A stretch of DNA of 64,000 nucleotides from Glycera tridactyla (Eukaryota): contig OZ286473.1 in NCBI GenBank assembly GCA_965644265.1, forward strand, positions 50,282,001 to 50,346,000, written 5' to 3'. Positions 41,700-50,282 of the stretch are shown here, piece by piece (the stretch's first letter is position 1; each line of letters starts with the position of its first letter). The position numbers and the translations under genes are program-made. A model generated the notes under the pieces. It did not search any database and was not told where the DNA came from. It worked only from the letters and a program-made list of their open reading frames with translations.

Positions 41700-42790
41700 A
41701 TGTACCTCCTCCAAAGAGTGGAGTCGGGTGTACCTCAAGGCACTGTACTAGGCCCTCTTATATTTTTGGTCCATATTATTGACCTTCCCTCGCATCTTTA
41801 ATCTCAAGTGAAGTTATTCGCTGATGATTGTCTTCTTTACAGACCAATAGACCGAAAGGACCTAATGGCCAACTTGTCGGCCCTTGAAAGATTGGGTAAC
41901 AACTGGGGAATGAGGTTCAACATGACTAAATGCCATGTAGTGAGAATCTCGAGATCTGTTAGTCACATTAACTCTTTTTACACACCATGCAACCACATTC
42001 TTGATCGAGTGGGGAAGGGCACACATTCAGGTTTTACTGTTTCTGAGACATTAGGCCTATTCGGCTGATCGGTTTCATTGAGTACGGCCGGTCCGTTGAC
42101 AACGATTTGTATTCAGGTGGTTGCCTAACGATTTTCCGTTGTGCATAATCTCAACGGTCATTTGACTATGTTGAACTCGTTGAACGAGACCTATTCCGCT
42201 GGGCTACAATCGCTGAGTACATTTCCATCAACGCACTTTCAACAAAACTGACCAGTCGAATAGGCCTATTGTCTTTGTTTGGACACATATTAAAAATGAT
42301 AAACGAAGCTAACGGCACCTTATCTTTCTTACACCGTAATCTCAAATCATGACCTGAAAAACTAAAAGAAACTGCACATAAAGCACTCATACGCACTGTC
42401 CTGTAATGCTTGCACATTGTTGGATCCAAACACAAGAACAGACAGAGAAGGGCTAGAGAGAATTCAGAGGGGAACGGCCAGATTCATCAAAGGGGACTAC
42501 GATTATACCAGTAGTGTGACAGAGATGCTGGACGACCTGGAGTGGGAACCTCTTGAAGGAAGGAGATGGGTACTTAGGTTGACCTTACTCTATAATACTG
42601 TGCAATGGCTTATAGCCATACATTCGGGCGATATCCTCTCACCGGCTGACCCTAGGACACGAACCAAGAACCGCAAAAGCTCAAGCTCATCAGAGCAAAC
42701 AACTCATTCTTTGTATGGACTGTGAGAGACTGGAATAACCTAGACAATCAAACAGGCATCAGTAGCATCATGTCATTCAAGGAAGCACTG
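41700..42790 (+). pseudogene. Decayed CR1/L2-group LINE RT 3' fragment
   Basis: VESGVPQGTVLGPLIFL, KLFADDCLLYRPI, WGMRFNMTKC, LERIQRGTARF and LEWEPLEGRR across shifting frames. Confidence 0.85.
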
Positions 42791-43099
42791 AGCCACGTCC
42801 GCCCAAAGCCCCCATAAAGAAGGCACTACACATTGGCGCGATGCCCAGATGGGCTTTCCCCGATTATCCGCAAAAAATGAAGCAGAAGTGATTGTTGGAG
42901 TATCCCAGTTTATGCTACTGAAGTTGAAATGTATGGCTATGACAATATGTTTGTGCCCTTGAGTGTTTATCTGTGTGATTGAGTTGCGCAGTTCCCTCAA
43001 CGTTGTGGCTCCTGTTCTTGGAGGTCTATAGAAGGAGCTCACTTGCAAGAGGGATTGATTTCGCTTTGTCCGTTCTCTTGATGTGGAGTGTGCTCTGGT

Positions 43100-43330
43100 C
43101 ACTTAGTGCAGAAGCACTGCAGTTCTCTCCCAGTGCATGCCGACTGGGATATCAAAGGCCTGCCGTGTTTACAGGAGTCTCTTCCTGTACGCACATAAAA
43201 GAACCCTCGCTGTCTTTCGCAGAGAGTAGGGATGGCCCCTGGCGGCGGTGACTCTTTTTCTCAGCATTTTCAGTCCAATATAATCCAAGCGGGTTTAAGT
43301 GACCTTAAAATCAAACAAACAAACAAACAA
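43100..43330 (+). mobile_element. SINE fragment, possibly with a Deu/Nin-type core; its 3' part is repeated at about 43660-43760 and inverted at about 36925-36995
   Basis: GCACATAAAAGAACCC...AGAGTAGGG core recalled as Deu/Nin-like; shared 3' end GTGACCTTAAAATC(AAAC)n. No clear tRNA head. Confidence 0.45.
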
Positions 43331-44010
43331 CTACCCGTTGAATCTTGATATATTCCCCAAAGCTGTCCACGAACGGGCCTATGATGGCAATATTGGTAGC
43401 AATTGCCACGCATAGCGCAGTCATTGTGTAGTGCTTGCCGCTTGTAGCACCGTTATCATGAAGCAGTTGCTGCGCATAGAGCGGTCATCGTGTAATGGTT
43501 GCCGCGCATGGCACCGCCACGCCCAAGCGTCATCTAGCAGTTGCAGGAGAGGCTGCTTTTTAGTTCAGGTCCAAACCACAGGTTTCTTGTTCGTATAGAG
43601 ATGGGTGAAGTTCCCCAGCAGGAGTGCTCAAATACCGCCGCCAGGGGCTGTCCCTACTCTCTGTGGTGACTCTTTTCTTCAGCATGTTCAGTATTTTCAG
43701 TCCGATATAATCCAAGCGGGTTTAAGTGACCTTAAAATCAAACAAACAAACAAACAACTACCCGTTGAATCTTGTTATATCCCCCCAAAATTTTGACGAT
43801 GTTGAAGATCCATCCTGTTTTCCAGCCTCCTCTTGGCGGCCGCAGGCCGCCTGCGGGGGAGCTGTCCACGAACTGCCCTATGACGGCAATATTCGTGTAG
43901 CACCGTTATTGTGTAGCAGTTGCGGCGCATAGCGCGGCCATTGTGTAATGGTTGCCACGCATAGCACGGCCACGCCCAAGCATCATCTAGCAGTTGCAGG
44001 TTTCTTGTTT
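43240..44010. repeat. Imperfect tandem duplication (SINE 3' tail plus a GC-rich segment), period about 420 bp
   Basis: GGTGACTCTTTT...CAAACAACTACCCGTTGAATCTTG...GCTGTCCACGAAC...CACGCCCAAGC.TCATCTAGCAGTTGCAGG appears twice. Confidence 0.8.
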
Positions 44011-44610
44011 GTATAGAGATTTTCAGATGCTTATTTATGGTGATCAGGGTATGCCAATTTTCGACTGACCACTCAGAAATGATATATACATTCACAAAGT
44101 ACCTTCATGTATTGATGACTATTCTTTCAAAGCTGGGATTTTTTAAATAAATAACTATCAATTGTCTGGGCAGCTTGTCACATGTGCTTCTTGTTGACAT
44201 CTTTTGGCCAAATACTCTCCAACCCACACAGAAAAATCGACAAAGTCTTTCATCAGTGAGTGCTCCACTGTATCTGTGTGAGATACACTGTATAGTGCAT
44301 ACATAAAAATAATATTATGAAGTAATATATTTTCGGTGGTGGAACCTGAGTCTTGCCTTCATCATAACACCCCACGACAGGCTTGGAGGCCACTCCTGGC
44401 CAATCAGCTACCAGGAATCTAGGTCACAGCAGCAGGGGCATCATGCAAGGTGCATCACTACCAGCGATGGTCCCCTTTCCTCACTGGCAGCAGCGTGAGT
44501 CGGACGTGTTGTCGAGAAATCTAATCAGTGCACCTCCACGTTTTTACCCCCTGTACCACCATAACCTGGTTACATCACCTCTTCTACCAGTAAGTCTACA
44601 CTGTATTATC

Positions 44611-45303
44611 ATGGCTGTAGCTCTATTGACAGGCCACTCATTTATCAGGCGTTTTACTGATGACAAACTATCCCGTTATCGTGGTCCTGATGTAGATTCA
44701 TCAACCCCTCATGCTGCTGCTCTCCTAGCGGTCCGTGCTGGCTACCATGATGGGAGATATTGCAGCCATTTATATACTGCTGCCAGTGAGGTTAACCTAA
44801 TCCATCAACTGCATAATGATAAGGCAAAGATAGAAATTGACGAGATCCAAGCCAGACATATACTTATAGACATTGGAACGAATGACATCGCGCAAATGCA
44901 CGCCGAAGATGCACTCGCTGCCGAAAATCTAGTGGCCAAAACTCATGTCAAAGCAGCCGAAATGATCTGCGATCACCATTCCGTACGCTCCGTGGTTATA
45001 TTTTCTGTCATCCCAAGGAATGATCGGCGTTTAGCAGCTGATGAATCAACATTTAGATTGAACATGGCCCACTACAATAGAAAGTTGAAACAATTGTGTC
45101 AGCCAAAGGATGGATTACACTTTGAAAGGCTCCGAGGTTTTACTAGCGTTGGCGTGAATAATGTGCCACTCGAAGTAGAAACCTGGAGTGACGACCACCT
45201 ACACTTTCGAGTAGCCCCACCAGGCACTGACACAGAATCTCCCATGGATCGATATGCAAAACGGGTGTTCTATGCAGTTAGAAATTTTTTGCATGATCAG
45301 TGA
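44611..45303 (+). CDS. SGNH/GDSL-family hydrolase (esterase), 230 aa from ATG 44611, of the type associated with Ngaro elements
   Basis: Block I LLTGHSFIRR (Ser), block III IDIGTND (Asn), SVIPR motif, block V SDDHLH (DxxH). Uninterrupted ORF, open back to 44383. Confidence 0.85.
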   Translation: MAVALLTGHSFIRRFTDDKLSRYRGPDVDSSTPHAAALLAVRAGYHDGRYCSHLYTAASEVNLIHQLHNDKAKIEIDEIQARHILIDIGTNDIAQMHAEDALAAENLVAKTHVKAAEMICDHHSVRSVVIFSVIPRNDRRLAADESTFRLNMAHYNRKLKQLCQPKDGLHFERLRGFTSVGVNNVPLEVETWSDDHLHFRVAPPGTDTESPMDRYAKRVFYAVRNFLHDQ

Positions 45304-46656
45304 AACATAAGCATGATATAAGCCAGTTTGAACCACTTACCTAACTTTAACAACCCTCATAATGAGACCAGATGATCGTGATACCCTGTTGAGGGCCCAG
45401 TCAGGGGTTTTGAAAGTGAACAAGGTGAAATGACGTCACTACGCTGTCAGGAAATCCCGCAGATACACACGTATCACACAATGCTCCAATTATCGCTCAC
45501 GCGTGACGCGGCGCTAATATTCGATTGCCGGGCTTAGCTATTCATACTTTTTATTTCACTTTTTATTTCACAATAGCTTGTGGTGACCCATAGTCCCCAG
45601 AGTATCATGATTACATATGTATATCAAAACATACACTTTCAAATTCAATCCAAAATCATTATTATAAGTTAAAAGAAAATATTTACATATACAGTTGAGC
45701 CTGTCTATAGGGGTCGCCTTCGGTCGCACCAAAAAGTGGTCCTTACAGACAGGTGGTCTTTGTAGAGAGGTGGTCTTTATAGAGAGGTGGTCCTTGGGGC
45801 AGATTTGACTGCTCAGTTGTTCACCACAGTGACCAGGTGACTCACCTGGTCACACAAAGCATATTGATCAATCCATTTTTAAGCTTGATGCTAGTTCATA
45901 TGCATACCATCTTCCACGTCCACACCTGCCGGCATCTCGAGCTAATATATTAACTAGAGAGCTACTGACACTGCCATCCGCACCTTGGCTAACCATTACT
46001 AGTCATGTGCTCACCAAATTCCTCGTCAGGTCACTCTCATCATTGTTCCATCATCCACTTGCTATACCAATCACCAGGGTATGACCCCATACCTACAAGT
46101 TCATGTATTGCTTTTCAAAGGTCCTCTTTCCTCGTCAGTCATGGCTTTCACATGAGATTCTCAGGTGTACGGCCAATGCATCAGGGGATTCAGTGAACCT
46201 CACATTACACCATTCCAACCCACTGGCTTTTGCACTTGTCATGATCGGTTGCCTCTGGGTTAACATGAGTCTCTCAGGTACACAGCCCATCCGGTCTCAA
46301 GGAATAAGCAGATAACATGGGTTCTCTATATTTCATATTCTTTACCAAGGGGCACCACGCCCACCCCCCGATTATCCTGGTCACATGCACAGTAGCTATT
46401 GCATGAGTGACTCAGGCATACTGCTGGTGCTGGGTGATCCGGGAGATCCGTTTCTTTATCATTTCCACCCCTCAACCTTTAGCCTCTCCATCATTCATCT
46501 AGTTATTCCCTCAATTGGAAATGATGGCCTCAGTTGCAACATGAGTCCCTCAGGTGTGCAACTGGCCCAGCAGACCCTCTCTCAAATAATGGTTTCATGC
46601 GAGAGGGGTCGGCGACAATCAAGCATGGTTTGAAATAGATCTAATTCTGTTAAACA

Positions 46657-47838
46657 GTGCCTCCAAAAGAGCGCAAAAAGCGGGGGAAAAATCTCCAAGC
46701 CCTGCATCGAACCCTGACCGATCTGCAGGAGAGAGTGTCGCATGTCGAAGAATTAGAACGGAAAGTGACTGAGATGGAAGAGGCCTTAGAAACACAGCGC
46801 CCAAAACGCATGCGTAAAACCAAACGGCCATTCACACCTAGTGCTACTGTTGTTGACATTGATGAAAATGTGGGTGTCAACCCATCGCCTGTGCGTCCAC
46901 GAACCACTGACATGATCCGATGTGCCATTCCTCCAGCAGCGATAGCAATGACTTCCACCCCGACAGCCAATATGGGCCAAGGTAATATGCACAATCCCTC
47001 AGAGGCAGAATGGGCACAGGGTCTTACTAACCCGGATTCTATACAACCACTATTTACTCCAACCATCAATATGGCTGACCGACCAACAGTGAAACACAGC
47101 ACCATTGCTGGCACAGCCGTTGATCCAAAGGTGAAAGAAAAGATATGGTCCAATACTTATGTACCCATGGCCCAACTCTTGCGTGACTTCTTCGAGGAGG
47201 AGAACGACACTCTGACCTTTAAACAGGGCAAGTTGAGTGTTGCGACTCCGCGTGCAAAGCTGCTACGCAGTTTTGATGCATGGCAAACAGCATGGGAAAA
47301 TTTCATGGCGGTTTACTGCGAGATACTGTCGAATCGGGCTGAAATTGGGGAGCTCATCACCTATGGGCGGACAGTCCGAAAACTATTCAAGAATGGGGGG
47401 CGATGGGCAGAATTTGACCATGCATTCCGGTGGGAACGCCAATTCCGGGTCTGTCCTTGGTCTGCTGTAGCACCTGAACTGGAAAACGAATTTCGTGGCC
47501 GCCAACCATACGAAACAACAAATCGAAAACCACAGTCCTTTCATGCCGACAACCAGACCCCTGAGATCCCCAATGGGTTTTGTATCAAATTCCACACACG
47601 AGGGACACGTTGCTCAAATAACGAGACCTGTAGATACAAACATGCATGCTGGCAGTGCGGTTCCCGGCACCCAACCTATAGACCATGTAACTCACAGGGA
47701 AAAAACAACCAGGCAGGGTCTACCCAGGATCAACCCAATCAATCTGGCTCAACCGGGAATGGGACGATCAAACCTAAATTCACCGGACAAAGCCATGTCG
47801 GGAAAAATGCCCACCCCAGTGCGCATAAAACAGCTTGA
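46657..47838 (+). CDS. Gag-like protein of the YR retrotransposon; no genomic ATG (GTG CCT CCA AAA)
   Basis: 393-codon ORF with VDPKVKEKIWSNTYVPMAQLL, SFDAWQTAWENFMAVY, WAEFDHAFRWER and a C-terminal Cys/His cluster (FCIKFH...C...CRYKHACWQCGSRH...C) typical of DIRS/Ngaro gag. Confidence 0.85.
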   Translation: MPPKERKKRGKNLQALHRTLTDLQERVSHVEELERKVTEMEEALETQRPKRMRKTKRPFTPSATVVDIDENVGVNPSPVRPRTTDMIRCAIPPAAIAMTSTPTANMGQGNMHNPSEAEWAQGLTNPDSIQPLFTPTINMADRPTVKHSTIAGTAVDPKVKEKIWSNTYVPMAQLLRDFFEEENDTLTFKQGKLSVATPRAKLLRSFDAWQTAWENFMAVYCEILSNRAEIGELITYGRTVRKLFKNGGRWAEFDHAFRWERQFRVCPWSAVAPELENEFRGRQPYETTNRKPQSFHADNQTPEIPNGFCIKFHTRGTRCSNNETCRYKHACWQCGSRHPTYRPCNSQGKNNQAGSTQDQPNQSGSTGNGTIKPKFTGQSHVGKNAHPSAHKTA

Positions 47839-49383
47839 ATTTTATTTGAAGTCATATGACGATGTCAAGAAGAGCCACTTATTGGACGGTTTTCGTGATG
47901 GTTTTAAGACTGGCCACGCGGGAGCAATCCTGCCCAATTTGGATACACGCAACTCACCGAAAACCATGATAAGACCTTCAGTGGTTTCCGAAAAATTAGC
48001 TGAAGAAGTAAAATCTGGCCGAATATCCGGGCCTTTCGAATCACCTCCATATGACGTTTTCAAAATTTCCCCCTTATCATTGAGACCAAAGAAAGAACCA
48101 GGCAAGTTTAGGCTAATCCATGATCTATCTCACCCATATGACGACAGCGCCATCAATGCAAATATTCCAGATTGCAAGAAGGCGGTTAAATACACAGATG
48201 TAAAAGATGCTATTGCGTGTATCCAATCACTTGGTCAGGGATGTTTCCTAGCTAAATCTGACATAAAGAATGCTTTCCGGCTCATACCGATTGATCCATC
48301 AGAACATCATAAGTTAGGTATGACATGGGAAGGTCTTTATTATTTTGACAATTGCCTACCACAAGGGCTTGGCAGCTCTTGCCAAATATTTGAATCCTTT
48401 TCCGAAGCCATACAGTGGGCCTTCACTTCACAGTTCCCAGCTGCATCTATCATCCACTATTTGGATGATTTCTTATTCCTATCGAAAGATAGGCAGATCT
48501 GCCAAGAATACCTGAATGGTTTCTTGACCCTCTGCCGAGACATGGGGGTCCCAATTTCACCCGGGACGACATGTCCCCCTTCTACCTGTCTACCATTCCT
48601 GGGTATTGAGCTGGACACCTCGGCATTTGAGGCCAGACTTCCCCGTGATAAGATCATAGACCTTCTTGACACCATCAATGGAAGTCGAAAATTACGAAAT
48701 ATGACCTGGAATCTTTGGCTGGAAAACTCAATTTTGCAACAGGGGTGCTTCCGGGTAGAGCTTTCATTAGACGTATATATGATACCTTACCTCGTGTGAA
48801 AAAGCCATACCACAAAATTAAGGTTTCCAGATGGTTAAAAGACGACCTTCGCATTTGGTTGGAATTTTTGGAACATTTCAATGGGATCAGTCTTTTTCGA
48901 AAACATGTCTATGCGAATGATATCGCTTTCTATACTGATGCATCAAAGCTGCATGGGATGGCTGGCTGTTATCGAAGTCACTGGATCCAGGCAAGCTGGC
49001 CGAAGTCCTGGCAAATTTATGATATTAATTTACTCGAACTGTTCCCGATCTTAGTCCTGATTGCAACATTTGGTTCCCAGTTGAGGAACACTCACATAAC
49101 TTTGTACACCGATAACATGACTGTGGTTCACGCAATTCAAAACCAATCTTCTAAAAGCAAAACGATCATGTTTTTGTTAAGATCCCTGATTGCTATATTT
49201 CTGCGATACAATATATCTGTTTCTGCCAGACACATCCCTGGTGTCAACAATATCCTAGCTGACAGAATATCACGGTTTCAGGTAACGCCAGAATTGTTGA
49301 AGACACATGGCATGGACAAGCATCCTACTCACATACCGAACCATCTGCTGCCCGAAAACTTCACCATTCCATGTCGATCCTGA
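47795..49383 (+). pseudogene. Reverse transcriptase-RNase H (pol) of the YR retrotransposon, with one frameshift near 48680-48705
   Basis: TPV...GFRDGF, GRISGPF, SPLSLRPKKEPGKFRLIHDLS, KSDIKNAFRLIP, LPQGLGSS and HYLDDF in frame 1; DLESLAGKLNFA, FYTDAS, INLLEL, YTDN and HIPGVNNILADRISR continue in a shifted frame. Confidence 0.9.
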
Positions 49384-50282
49384 TAAAACAAAGTTTGTCA
49401 CACAACACATGCCGTTCATATGAAAAGAGCTGGCTGAAGTTTTTCTATTTTTCCACACAGACTCTTCGCAAAACGAGTCCTTTCCCTGCTGATAGGGATG
49501 ATATTTCATTATACATTACCTATCTCGCTGACAATGGCAAAAGGGCCTCAACGATACGCACACACTTATCTGCCCTAGCATTTGCTCACAAGATCAATTT
49601 CCAAATAGACCCAACAAGTACTTTCAGAACAGCCGAATTACTGAAAGGAGTGTTGCGGCGAAAGGGCCCTGGTGCAAAACGAAGTCCAATTGGCATCCGA
49701 TTGCTCCACTCTATACTTCTGGCCGTAAACAAGACAATACCTGATAAATATGACAAATATCTATACATGGCCCTGCTGGCACTCATGTACCATGCATGCC
49801 TAAGAATCAGTGAGGTAGCAGCCACTAACATTACCTCCCACATTCTACGCCGGGAAAATATACTGGTGTCCAAAAGACCAAATGATGTTCCAAAAATGTA
49901 TCTACAGTTCACATCCTATAAGCACTCAGAGGGAAATGTCCCAGTGCTGACAATACTGCCACGCACACATTCGTGGTCCTGCCCACTGGCCTTATATCAG
50001 CAATTCAATAATATTGCATCTGCGACACGAAAATATGCATTTTGCAGCAAAAGTGGCAAACCCGTCACAAGGACAGCAGTCGCCAAGTTATTAAGACATT
50101 GCATATCTTCCTTGGATCTCCAGGGAAATTTCAACACCCATTCACTACGCATAGGGAAAGCAACAGACATGGTAGCAGAAGGCTTCACAGATGAGCAAAT
50201 TATATCTTTTGGGCGTTGGCGTTCCAATGCTTTCAGAGCATATATTCGCCCAAGTGCCATCCACATGCCCCTAGCAAAGTGA
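49371..50282 (+). CDS. Tyrosine recombinase (YR), 303 aa, apparently intact
   Basis: Catalytic set present: R (ACLRISE), K (SYKHS), HxxR (THSLRIG), W and Y (GRWRSNAFRAYIR). N-terminal SHNTCRSY and YITYLAD; overlaps the RNase H stop. Confidence 0.95.
   Translation: MSILIKQSLSHNTCRSYEKSWLKFFYFSTQTLRKTSPFPADRDDISLYITYLADNGKRASTIRTHLSALAFAHKINFQIDPTSTFRTAELLKGVLRRKGPGAKRSPIGIRLLHSILLAVNKTIPDKYDKYLYMALLALMYHACLRISEVAATNITSHILRRENILVSKRPNDVPKMYLQFTSYKHSEGNVPVLTILPRTHSWSCPLALYQQFNNIASATRKYAFCSKSGKPVTRTAVAKLLRHCISSLDLQGNFNTHSLRIGKATDMVAEGFTDEQIISFGRWRSNAFRAYIRPSAIHMPLAK

Noticed and set aside
40310-42790. Opposed LINE fragments as a twin-priming 5' inversion
   Set aside because: Both fragments include the same RT core region (around PQG and ADD) and differ in sequence, so two independent old insertions are more likely.
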